Below, piece by piece: positions 1 to 12,212 of a stretch of DNA of 64,000 nucleotides; within the stretch, counting starts at the first letter, position 1, and each line of letters begins with the position of its first letter. The notes below the pieces were generated by a model that was given only the letters and a program-made list of their open reading frames with translations, had not been told where the DNA came from and ran no database searches. The stretch is from Vicugna vicugna (lineage: Eukaryota): the NCBI GenBank assembly GCA_013265495.1, contig MU058844.1, forward strand, positions 6,137,260-6,201,259, read 5' to 3'. Position numbers and translations under genes: made by a program.

Positions 1-427
1 TCTGCAGTAACCAGCTCAGGAAGCCGGCCTGCTATCTGTGAGTCAGACTTCTAGGGAGTCAGACCACCATCTCTAGTAACAGTCTAGGAAGCTAAACAAT
101 AGCCCCTTAACAATTGGTCTCAAATGGTCAGGACTTGATTAATAGCTGAGAGCTTGCCTAATTCTGTCTCCACCTGCAACTTAAGACCAGCGAGAGAAAC
201 CCAGATACACACCCGTAACCAGTCACATAGGGTGTCCAGCGTCTAGGGAGCCCGCCTGCAGCTTCCTCACGCCCAAGGCTGTTTCAATCAAGGCATGAGC
301 CTTCTCTTCGCTATAAAACTTTCCCACTCCTCTCTCTGACTCTGAGTCTCTGCCAAAACACAAGTGATGGTGGCCGATTCTTGTGCTATAGCACGTTCTG
401 AACAACTACCCTTTGTTTGTTCTTACA
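1..427 (+). mobile_element. ERV1-class LTR, 3' part (MER34-like), truncated by the window edge
   Basis: Matches recalled MER34-type motifs: CAAATGGTCAGGACTTGATTAATA, CTATAAAACTTTCCCACTCCTCT, GAGTCTCTGCCAAAACACAAGTGATGGTGGC; ends in CA at 426-427. Confidence 0.7.
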
Positions 428-1077
428 TAACCTTTTTGGGTAAAAGAGCCAAACAAAGGGTGAACTCCTTAAAACTAGTGGCTGTTTCTGTGAGTTTACT
501 TCCAATAGCTGAGTCTCTTAAACCATAAGCACTCAATATATGTAGCTACTGAACAATTTATTTACAATCCTAAACTTCTATCACCTTTCCTCATTTATTT
601 GTGGAGATAATGTGGATCGCATAGGGCATTTTCAGTGATGAGCAATAACTGAGGTGTGTGAACATGTTCAGTTTGGCATAAATTGAAAACATACCAATGA
701 TTATTCTCTAAAGACAGAAAATAGCTGCAACATTTTGTTAAAGTACAAAGCATGGAAGTAATTGGTGCGGAATTATGTGTGTCACATATGCATTCAGTCC
801 ACTGAGACTGAAGTTCACCCGCAAAGTCAAACAGACGAACTACATTTTTAGCTTAACTTGGTTCAGGAAATGACTGTAGAACCATAGGTTTATCAGATAA
901 AGCAGTTTAAATTGAGTTCTTTGACATGTAGGTTGATATGATGCTTGATTTCTTAGGTTCAAGACTAAAGTTTTAATTCCAAATTGTATTTTTCTCATTG
1001 TTACTAAAGGGGTTTACATTCATTTTTTTTCCATTTAAATATAATTTTTAAGTCTTTTACCCAGTAGAGCTGATTTT

Positions 1078-1223
1078 TTGTATGAACTCATGAAACCATC
1101 ACCATAATCTAAGCCAAAAACATATCCACCACCTCCAAGACTTTCCTCTTGCCCTTCTTATTTATTTGTTACTTTTATTTTTGTTGACTAAAAACATTTA
1201 ATGTAAGATTCACCCTCTGAGCA
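1078..1223 (-). mobile_element. Short L1MA/L1MB-type 3'UTR fragment between 17-bp direct repeats
   Basis: TGAAACCATCACCATAATC...ACATATCCACCACCTCC...AAGATTCACCCTCT resembles the antisense L1M 3'UTR; flanks CCAGTAGAGCTGATTTT (1061-1077) and CCAGTAGAGTTGATATT (1224-1240). Confidence 0.65.
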
Positions 1224-1751
1224 CCAGTAGAGTTGATATTATTTAAAGTATCATCAAGCATTCATATAAATAGTTCAGTAGTTTAAAAGCTGGTTTATAC
1301 CTAAGGTAAACTGACTAAAATTGTATTAGCAGCTTATTTGTTAATATTAATATTAGAGTCTTATTTGACACAATAGAAAAAAACAGTATAACACCAGTCT
1401 AGATTCCAGCTCTGTCTTTGTCTTAACTGCCTGAGATGGGGATAAGTGGATAGCATCATTATAAAATGAATTGGCTAGATGATATCTAAGATTTCTTTAT
1501 GTTCTTGCACTAGTATTTTTAAATGATTTGAGAATTTGCTTCAAATCATACTGTTCTTGATATGAATATCATCATAACTGGAAAGGACTGAATATTGAGC
1601 AAGTGGATTTAGGAACAGTCAACATTGGATTAGTTAGCATCTGATTACCTAGGTTGTAAATTTTACACACCCTGATCTTTTCTCTGTCTGCCTGGCGTTT
1701 CACAATGTTTCTCTTTCGAAGGCTGCCTTTGTCACTTCAAATGCCTCAGTC

Positions 1752-2228
1752 GAGAGCTGAACTAACTGGTATGGGAGCCAGTAGCCACATGTGGCTATTC
1801 ACCACTTGAAATGCAGCTAGTGCTACTGAAAGCTGAAATGTTTGTTTTAATTAATTTAAATTTAAATACTTCTACTCAATTCAGTTATTGGAAAACTATT
1901 GGAATGACTTCGGTATGTGAATCTACTTTTTCAACTGTAAATTTTGTAACATCTAAATATAGAACACATACTTCTGATAAAAATTTAATGTCTAAATTGA
2001 GATGATCTGTAAGTGAAAGAAAAAGTCCAAGATTCAAAGTCTTAGTATAAAAAAAGTAAAATATCTCATGAGTAATTCTATATTGATTATCTTTAGAAAG
2101 GACACTACTTGGCACATGAGCTAAATATCAAAATTGAGTTCACTTTTTTTTTTAATTTCTTTTAATGGAAATACTGAAATATTTTAAAATGTTTAGTTGG
2201 CTTGAATTCTATTTCTGAGACACTGCTG
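1752..2228. mobile_element. hAT-Charlie non-autonomous DNA transposon (Charlie1a/MER3/MER33 group)
   Basis: TAGCCACATGTGGCTATT..CACTTGAAATG, TTAATTAATTTAAATTTAAAT, ATGTGAATCTACTTTTTCAACTGTAAATTTT, TCTAAATTGAGATG; ends ...ACACTGCTG. Confidence 0.75.
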
Positions 2229-3082
2229 GTGCAACATATTCAAGGTTCTTCCTCAACTCTCTCTGGATAGTTGATTTCAGTCTATCACTTTGCAAATCCT
2301 AGAGCACTCCCACGAACCTATCCAACTCCTGGCATTTCCCCTAATCTCTCTCCTTTAGTCTTCATTAAAGTAAACTCAAAATCCATCCCTGTACCTATAA
2401 AATCCTCTTTTATTCCTTTTGTATTAGTTAAGGCTCTGTTTATAAGTTCTGTAAAGCAACTTAAGCTATCATAAGTGGAAGAGGGTTGGATATTAGAGAG
2501 ATACTAAGATGTTCTGCAGAATAGAAACTCATTTTCTTTTATCAAATGAATAATGATAAATAGGTGAATTAATGAACACATTAAGAGTTATTAATAGTGG
2601 AGATGTTGATGTTTGAGTAAATCAAAATAATTGTCTTTTAAATTTCAGTTTTTCTTGCTACTTTGTTCTCATTTTGGTAAATAATAAGAACAGTTAAGGG
2701 GATTAAAAGGTAAACCAGATAATCATAAGCCAGTAATTTATTATTCATTTAACTGTTACCTGATTAGATAGGGCCCAGATAGTAATTACAATGCTTATTT
2801 ATTTATAGATTCTTCTTAGAAATATGTTTGACTACAAGAAAGTGACTCAGTCATTTAAACTCAGTTCAAGGCTTAGGTGAACAAGGCTTTTAATAAGTGC
2901 TTTTTATTATAATGCTAATATTTTAGAATTACTAGCTCCCTTTTATCAAACAAACCTCTGAAAGCAGCAACTTTAATAATTGCCTTTAAACATTAGGCTC
3001 TGGTTAAAAAAAAAATAAGATGCCCGTAATTCCTAGGAAATAAAACACTTAGGAATTTTAGGGTAATATTATTTCTGTTTAG

Positions 3083-3200
3083 TTATTTAATTCAACAAAT
3101 ATTTACCATATGCCACCTGTGTGAGGCAAAACTCTAAGAAGATAGACATAAATAAAACACAATCCTTCATCTTGAGGGCTAAGAGTTTAGAGACTAAAAT
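3083..3200 (-). mobile_element. L2 LINE 3' end fragment
   Basis: ATTCAACAAATATTTA... is the reverse complement of the L2 tail. Confidence 0.55.
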
Positions 3201-6200
3201 GAGTTATTGCGTACTTGGGGGAATTAGAAAAACAAAAATATATATTTTCTCATGTGTTGTATTTTTCTACAAACTCAAAGAATCTCCTTTCTCCATATCG
3301 ATTAGGTACTGAGTCCCTCAAAAGTCCAAATACTCTAAACACTAGCTGACTGCAAAATCCTTACCCTAGTAAGGGAAAAATCCTTTATTATAGGCCCACT
3401 GCTGGAGGAATAAAGCTGGATGCTGCCAGAAGGGCGGAAAAAGAGGTTAGGCTTTGAGGTAAGGGATGAAAATGTTTCTACCCTGTGAGCTAAAATCCAC
3501 AAGAGGGAAAGAATAGAGGAGTCAAAACATCATTTCACAACATGGTGGCATCTGAATAGGATTAGCTCCATCCACCCCAGAGCAATGGTGCAGATTCTAG
3601 GGAGAAGGTTGGGGAAGTGGGCAGGAGAAGCAGGGGAGAAATCAAGAGGTGGGGTGAGCACTTCCCCCTCCCTGCCCTTATGCGTACGTGGGGACTCAAG
3701 TGAGCTTCCTGCCTGGCACAAGAGCTGGTGGGCCGGAGCCTGACATTTCTGAGTTAGAAAAATAAAGCCGTGGACGGTGCTAACATCTGAGGCTGAGAAG
3801 AAAACTCATATTGTCGCAGGCTGACAACCAAGGCTGATGCTCAGCCAGTAGGCATTGGTATGGGCTGTTAATACACAGCTGAATAACTAGCGGCTGTGCC
3901 AAGCCTGCACAGCTTACTTTCCCCTACTTCAGCGACCCTGGTTCACGTCCCACTTCTCTGGAATCCCTGGACTTTTCTCAAGCCAGCAACTGAAGAGATA
4001 ATCCTTGGCACATCAGGAGCCCCAGGACCCCACTCCAGTTTTAAGCAGTCATCCTTTGATAGATCTGTGCAGATCCATTCATGGTGTTAGTATCGTGACA
4101 TCTGCCCTGTTTATAACCCAAATTTACCAAAAATTGTGTTACCAAAAAATTTTAGACAATTTGGAAAAAAAAAGTCTACTACTTTATTATTGAAATATGT
4201 GAAACAGTATAGATTACTTCCTTCATTTTGAACACTGTCTGCTCAAAAACTCTTTTCCTTTTTCCCCTTGTGTTGAACTGACATTGAAGATTATGGGAGA
4301 GTTACATGCTTAAAAGAAAAATAACAACTAAATACTATCCAAAAAAATCAACAGTTGATGCTATTAATTCCTATTAATTGTGGAATTAATAGCGTCAGCT
4401 GATCCACTGCATTATTATGACAGTTTTTTAGTGTGTTTTATTCTGTTCTGCTGCTTTGTTTTCTAAGGTTTACCAAGATGTGCAGTGGAAGAATATTTTT
4501 GATATATTAATCAATTTATCCCTTTAATCTCTTTCATTATGATTTTATTATTTTTTACCATAAGACCCTCCCCCTATTAAAACTAAACATTAATGGTAGA
4601 AAATGTGGGGTTCTACATGGTATACATGCAGAGAATACTCAAAATCTAGTTCCAAGTGACAAAATAAACCCTTAAAACTTATAGCAGAGATAATAATCTT
4701 GAAAGTATATTTTCACTTGCAAGAGCTGGGTATTTTGGAACTCAAAAGCCTTGATGGGAGCGGAGTATGAATATTATGCCAAATACAACATATTATAAAA
4801 GAAATTTTAAAAAGAAGCCAAACCACCCAATCTAAGGGCTGCCCAAGCTGGGCAAGGAGAGAAAAGAAGAGATGAGACCATGGAGGGGGATTTATGGTGA
4901 GAGGACCAGACCTGAAAATCCTAGTAGTCAACGTTGACTACTGTCAAATCTCTACATGAGACATGCCAAGGAGCTCCTGTGTAAACTGAGTCTGCCTCAA
5001 GAGACCGTCCCATCACCCTTCCAGTGAGCATAGCACAGCGTCCCAGGTAAGAACACAGGAATTTTTCTAAGTGCTGTGTTTCATCAGCCGATCAGCTAAT
5101 CAGGAGTGGTGTCCAAGCCTACCTTGTGGGAGTCACCAGTATGAGCCATCTCCCTGTTAATGTCCCAGGATATTGGTGAACCTTCCCACGTCCACCTCTG
5201 CACCTCCTGCCAGACAGAGAGCCTGGATCCCCAGAAGGCCAGTGGTGTCGCAAAAGGAAAGTAGTGATGTGGAAAGGGAAACCTTCAGCACCTTTACTTG
5301 GTTGGGGCAGAAAGGAATTTTGTTCACAATTCTAACCTTTCTTGATTTGAATACAGACCAATTGTATGCAATTTCCTGCTTTAATAATACTTCAAAATAG
5401 CTGAACTTCCAGTAAAACGCATCTTTCAATACCTAAGTTTACCTCATAAATGAAAGGTTTCCTAATAGTAAAATGAAGAAGTCTCCAGATACTGGGTTAG
5501 AATCTTACTCCTCCTGGATACACCTTGACGATTCTTTTGCCATTAAGATTCTGTCTTCAGTTTCTCATTCATCTCTTTCTCATTAAAATATGATGCTAAA
5601 ATTATTCAAAGGCCTTTTTAGTGTGTTTTAACCATTAGGAAACATCCGTCTCATTTTTAAAATTACGGAGTTACTCTTTAGTTGAACATGGTAATGCAAA
5701 AAAAAAAAAAAACCGACTTTTATTTTATGCTTTATTTATTTATTTATTGTCAAAGGCATATCCTTATCCTCTCTCAGCAGGCGTGAAAAGGGGCCAGATG
5801 CCAGATGTTTCCTACCATGCGTTTCCTCTCAGTTCTTCAGTTCATTTTTGACAAGCTGAAATTGGAGTATTTATCACTGTTGGTGTTGTGCTCAGTAATT
5901 GCTATTTGTCAAACTCAGGAACATCTTTTAAAGAGATGCAGCATCACTTAGAGTAGGGCTATCTAATTTGACTATCATGACAACTTCTAGTCAAAACCTT
6001 AATCAAATAGGTGTATTGAATAAACTTTCACTTTCTACAACATATGCATGCTCAAATTAGCTGTTCAGATTGATTTGAATTTTTAACATTTCTGATGCCT
6101 TAGAAGGGATTTAAAGCAGTTTCCAAGTACATATGAAAACAGTAATGAAGTATAAGTAAAAAATAAAGGCATTTTTAAGTAAGTAAAATCCTTTAATCTG

Positions 6201-7089
6201 GAAAAAGTGCAATATTATTGCTAATATCACTTTAATAGAAATGGTCATAGTTGTACATCATATTTTTAATGTATTTTACAATTTAACAAGAACTCTTAAG
6301 TTTAACCTTTATCCCATAATTGTCTCAAGCCAATCTGATGAGTTAGAATGGTCATTATTAATCATATTTTTGCAATGAAAAAGGAGAGGTAAAGAAAGAT
6401 TAGGGATTGAGTTAGGTTCACACTAGGAAAAGCTTTAATTTTGTGCTAATTGATATTTTAGTTTATTAAAATGAATGGTATTCTTTGATTTGAAACAAAT
6501 CATGCCATTCATATATATGCCTCAAGCCCAGAGAGATGAACATGGCGTGGGACATTCCACAGTGTTGAAATCACATGAAGTCACAATCCTGATAGCTTCT
6601 TACAGCATCTGCCTACATAGACTCTCTGTGATTGGGGTCCTGGCTTTTTTTTTTTCTTACATAAATTGTTTCTAAATTTCTCATTAGCAGAATAATTCAC
6701 CTGTATTTTTAGCAGGAAATGTGCTAGGGGACTGATCCTGGTGATTGGACTGCATCATTTGCTCCAAATATGAGTTTTAAGTGAAATTCGTTATCCCATT
6801 GATGGTGTTTATTTTCAACCATCAGGTCCTATTCCTTCCAAGTCTGCCTAAAAGGGTAAATTTTAAAATGAACAGGGGCCTCCGCTTGGTTTTTGATTAC
6901 AAGAATTCCTTGAGGTACAGGCACATGGCAGGGTTGAGTAGATCTTGTCTTTGCATCTATTCCTGGATGAAAACATTAGGTTATCCTGGGGAGTTTAGAG
7001 TTTCTCTAATATGAATTGGTGAAAATCTAGTGTTTGATAATATTAATTAATCTCTTAATTCTACAGCACTCACCCCACCTTTACCATCT

Positions 7090-7215
7090 CATTCTCCACG
7101 AAGGCAGGGATCTTGTCACTCTTATTTACTGTTTTAGCCTCAGGATCTATAACAGTGCCTGCCACGTGGCAGGTGCTAAGTGATAGGTGTTGAATGAAAA
7201 TGTGAGTAAGTAAGT
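7090..7215 (+). mobile_element. L2 LINE 3' terminus
   Basis: CTCCACGAAGGCAGGGATCTTGTC...AACAGTGCCTGCCAC...GGTGCT...TGTTGAATGAA is typical of the L2a tail. Confidence 0.7.
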
Positions 7216-9029
7216 AATCCCTGAATTTGAGAAAATATGCCCTACATCTAACTAGCTCATCTGCCTTTCAGCTGACATGAACTATATAGCCTTGCCTAGA
7301 CAGGGGAGTAGGCTCGGTCATGGATCTTCATTAAAATTGTGGGTGTTTTAGCTCCCTGGTTATTAGGAGAGAAATTATGACAACAAAACTACATATTGTC
7401 CACTCATCCCTGAGCCCCAAGTGGAGAGGTAAAGACAGAAGAAGCTGGTAAAGGGACCTGAAAAGGTACAAGCAGGGGGAAGAAAAGAACCTTGGGTTGG
7501 AGTGAAAGGGGCAGAAGCAGGTGTATGTCTTGGATTCAGGGTAAAGAAAATGTTTGAAGGAAGAAGTTAACAACTGTGATGTGTACTAATGAGAGGCAAA
7601 TGTCCATTGCCTTTCCTAATATTGAATCAGAGGCCAGATTGTAAGATTGAAGACTGGGTGGGAGAAGAGAAAACAACCTTGCCATATGCAAACCCTTGTC
7701 TTTTAAGAAGCTTAGAAATTCAGGGCAGCAGAGAAATGGTACAGAAACTGGAGGGAAGGTGTGGGGTCAAGAGAAGCTTTTTTATGGGCCATATTAGAGA
7801 TGGGTTGAATGTTACTAGGAGTAATTGATTAAAGAAAGATAGATTAAAGACAGGAGAAAAGAGGTGTAACAGTGAAAAAAAAGTTCTTGAGAAGATGATA
7901 GGCAATGGGACGCTGCACAAATTAGGATGTTAGCTTTTGTTTGTAACTCTAACTCAAGTACCTTAAAGATAATGTTTTCCTATTTTTCATAAACCATGTA
8001 CTGCAGATAAGTTTAAACATTTTTAAACTCTTTATATTCCATCTGTATAAGAACTAAGTATTCTCCCTCAAATATTCTTCCCAAATTTGTTCATTCCTGT
8101 CTCAGTTTTAATTTCTTCATGGTCTCTACCTGTTCATGGTTAACCTGTCATAGTCCAATGCAAATGCCACTGACAGCATGAAATCATCTTTGAATCCAGT
8201 GGTACACATTGGCTCCTCTAACTTAATGGTTCTGCCTCTTTTATGACTGCTACTTCCTTCTGATCTCTCATTATAGTTTACTGTGGAGATTTATCAACAA
8301 TCCTAGTAGATTATGAGTTTGTTGAAGATAAGAATATCACTTATTTTTCTGTCTGTTGTCTTTGCATCCTTCACAGCACAAGTAAAGTTAGTGACTTTTA
8401 CATGTTAGTGACTTGTACCAAAAATGCAAACATCAAAATGTTTTTGAATGAGTGAATTAACTTCCTGGTTATACAGATTTCAGGGACTCGCCTGACTGAA
8501 TTAACCTTTTACCAGTATTACTCTTGTGGTATTTTAAAGTATCAATACAGGAAAATATAAAAATCACTTATTCTATTTACAGTTTACTATTTCTGAAAAT
8601 GAAGTGTACTGATATCTTCATGGCATTTGTATACGACTATAAAAATTGATTTCTCTCTCTGAAGAGGTGAATAAGTTGAATGAACAACCGTTTCTAAGGA
8701 ACATCAAATCCAGGCCTCCTACTGACTATCTGAATAAACAAGGAAAATGGAATCTATAAACCCAACAGCTTGTAACCGGGCAGTATATCTGTATGGAATG
8801 ATCATTAAAATGTTCTTTCAGTACTTTAAGGCTAAAGGACACAATATCCTAAAAATAAATAGGGATTACAGTTTCCAAATCACTACACATTTCCCTAAAT
8901 ACTCATTACTATACTCAGGCAGAGAGAAGACGCCATACCATCATGCGTTGTATAGAGAGAAGCAAACATATTCTTAATTTAGATTCTGCTACACAAATTC
9001 AAAATTTTGATTTTTAAAAGCCATCACTT

Positions 9030-9470
9030 TTTTCCAGTTTATTGTGATATAATTGGTAAAAAAAAACCATTATATACATATACATGATACAGTACTGTTA
9101 GCTATAGTCATATGCTGTACATTACATCTGCAGAACTAATTTATCTTATAATTGGAAGTGTGTACCTTCTGACCACCTTCACCCAATTCCCCCATGCTCC
9201 ATTCTCTGCCTCAAGAAACCACAAATCTGATCTCTGTTTCTTATGAGTTTCTGTGATCTCTGTTTCTATGAGTTTTCCATAGGCTTTTTTTAGATTAAGA
9301 TATAAGTAAGATCATACAATATTTGACTTTCTCTGTCTGATTTATTTCACTTAGCATTAAGTTCTCAAAGTCCATCTATACTGTCACAAATGGCAAGATC
9401 TTATTCAACTTATGGTTGAATAGTGTTCCATTATATATATATGGATATGTATGTACATATATGTAGGTGT
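9030..9470 (-). mobile_element. L1MA8/9-like 3'UTR fragment
   Basis: CAGTTTATTGTGATATAATTG, GCTGTACATTACATCT.CAGAACT, AACCACAAATCTGATCTCTGTTTC, GATCATACAATATTTG; TA-rich tract at 9432-9470. Confidence 0.75.
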
Positions 9471-9474
9471 ATAG

Positions 9475-10620
9475 TTGTCATTAAATTCACAACATTTTGG
9501 GTCATTATTTCATTAAAACTTTTTCTGTCCCTTTCCTCTTCCATCCTACATAAACTCAAATTACATGTGCATCAGAGTACTTAACGTTATACCATCAGCT
9601 CACTGATGGTGTTTTCATCTTTTAAAGTATTTTTTTTGCATAGTTTCAAGTGCTAGTTTCCAAATTCACTGATTTTGTCATCTTCAACATCTTATTCACC
9701 CTCATTCCTATTCAGTGTATTTTTCATCTCAGACGTTATACTTTTCATCTCTGGAGATTTTAGGCTTTTTTATATCTTCTATACTTTTATTTAACATTTC
9801 AAACTTCTGTAGTTTCCTGAACATTTAAAAACCATTTGTAATTGTTTTGATTTAATGTCTTTATCTGCCAATTATAACATTTGTGTTAGCTCTGTGTCCA
9901 CTTTGGCTTTTTTCTCATTATGCGTTGCATCTTCCTGCCTTGCGTGTCTGGCCGTGCTTTATTGGCTGCCAAGCATTTTGGATTTTGCCTTGTTAGAAGC
10001 TAAGTATTTTCATAGTACCATAACAATTCTTGAGCTTCACTCTGGGATAAAGTTAAATTAGTTGGAAATAGCTTGTTGCTTTTAGCTTTTCTTTTCAGAT
10101 AACGCAGACAGTGCCAACATTTTGGACTAAATATTCCCACTACTCATACAAACCTTTCTGAGTACCCCTTGAATTACGAGGTTTCCTAGTCTGACTGATG
10201 AGAAAAGACATTTATTTTCCATCCTGTGTGAGCCTCAGCTAATCTTTCCTCTAATCCTTCCAAATGAATCATAGCTGTGCTACAGTACTGGTACTCTGCA
10301 GTGCTCCAGGACAGCCTCTGTGGATCCCTGGGGTTCTCTCTCTGCTCATCTCTCTTCTCTCTGGTACTCTGCCCTGTGCATACTAGCTGCCTAATTCTTC
10401 TCAAACTCTCAGCTCTGTCTCATGCGTTGGTATCCACCCAATTTCGCCCTCCCTGCACCAGGCTGGAGTCTCTTTGATGGTAGCAAACTGTAATAATCGT
10501 GAGGCTCATTTGCTTCCCATCTTCATGTCCAATATTTTGCAACCTGCCTTTTTTTTTTTTTTCGTTTATTTCATCTGTATTTAGCTGTTTGAGATTGGAG
10601 GGTAAGTCTTGGTGAGAAAT
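9475..10620 (-). mobile_element. Old L1M (L1MC/L1ME-type) 5'/ORF1-region fragment
   Basis: T-rich decayed sequence with motifs TTTCCAAATTCACTGATT and CAGTGTATTTTTCATCTCAGAC, characteristic of antisense L1M 5' regions. Confidence 0.55.
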
Positions 10621-11214
10621 TGAAGTCCTAAAGGTCTTCTCTTCTTGAGACACTCTCCTCATTTGTCTCCCTTAGAATTATATTTTCTACCTTTACCTGT
10701 TACGTCTCTGGCTGTTTCTTCTCCATCTCTCAATTTTGGAGCCCCTGAAGTATTAGTGTAGCCTTTTGTTGTTCCTTGCAATCTAATGCAAGGCACAATA
10801 TGCTGAATGCTTACTCTTAACTTGTCACTCCACTAAGTGCTTAACATCTATTATTACATTTAATCTTTGCAAAAATCCAAGACAAATGTGCACTTTCAGC
10901 CCCAAATTAACCTAGACTAATTTTGTATACCTTATGGATGGTGGAGTCAGGATTTGAATCTAGATTTTCTGATTTCAGTGGTCATGATTTTAACAACTAT
11001 GTTCTGGGGCTGTTTTGCATTATTCTTTCCAGGTGGTCTCATCCATATGCATTATTTCAGTCACCACTTACATGCTAATAACTCTCAAAATCTCACCTTC
11101 TCAATCTGATCTGTCCATCAACCTCTCAAGTTCTGTTTCTGACCAGTTCTGATACCAGGAAACCCATATTATTCAAAGATGTTCTTAGCTGGATTAAGTA
11201 ATTGAAACTTTCCA

Positions 11215-11360
11215 TGTTCCCCAGTTGGTTGAACCTGTGGATATGAAATCAATAATATGGAGCAACTGCATATACAAAAGGCTGACTGTAAATTATACTT
11301 GGATTTTCGACTAAATGAAGGGTCAGCACCCCAACTCCTGTGTTGTTCAAGGATCAGGTT
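11215..11360. mobile_element. Tigger2-family MITE fragment (one end), inverted relative to the copy at 12213
   Basis: GTTGGTTGAACCTGTGGAT...GACTGTAAATTATAC.TGGATTTTCGACT...TGTTGTTCAAGGATCA; degenerate TIR at the right end. Confidence 0.65.
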
Positions 11361-11777
11361 TAATTTCCCTTAATTTATAATAAATTATTTTTTAAGGAAA
11401 ATTTCACCTATTATAGTAGATACTTAATATATCTTAAATATTTTGTTCCTTACCACTTTACGTTCACACGGATATTACCCAAATACTGAAGTAGGGAAGA
11501 TATTACTTAAAAGCAATTTAATAGGAAGTACTTCCAAAGAACAATATTTTTCAAAGAAACTAAAATTTTTAATTAAAAAATGTTTTAAACACCTTCAATA
11601 TATCTTTATTTTATGACATATGATCCATTACTATATTTGCAAGTTTTAAAAATTTTTATAAAACTTAAAAAATGTTTATCTCTTTGTTTTAGGTAAATAT
11701 CTGTCTGTACCAAATCTGGTAGATCTAACATAAGGGCTATAGGCCAGGTGTGTTTTGAAATAAAATATGATGCTGTA

Positions 11778-12207
11778 TGTATTAGCCTGCTAGGACTGCC
11801 ATAAAAATATGCCTCAGACTGAGTGGCTTAAACAACAGAAATTTACTTTCTCACAGTTCTGGAGGCTAAAAGTTCAAGATCAAGGTGATAGAAAAGTCAG
11901 TTCCTGGAGAGACCTGTCTTCCTGGCTTGCAGATGGCTGCCTTCTTCTCTGTCCCCACATGGCTTTTTCTCTGTGCATGTGTACATAGGAAGAAAGAGAT
12001 CTCTAATATGTCTTCCTCTTTTTATCAGGACACCAGTTTTATGGGACTAGGGTCCCAGCCTTATAACCTCATGTAAACATGTTTATCTCCTTAGGGTCCC
12101 TATGTCCAAATACAGTCATATCCAAATATAGTCTCCTTAGGGTCCCTATGTCCAAATTCAGGGCTTCAGCATATAAATCTGGGGGATTGATAATTCAGTC
12201 CATAGCA
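11778..12207 (-). mobile_element. MaLR solo LTR (MLT1A-like)
   Basis: Begins TGTATTAG; GTGGCTTAAACAACAGAAATTTA..TCTCACAGTTCTGGAGGCT, CTTCCTGGCTTGCAGATGGC; ends ATTCAGTCCATAGCA. Confidence 0.85.
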
Positions 12208-12212
12208 GTATA

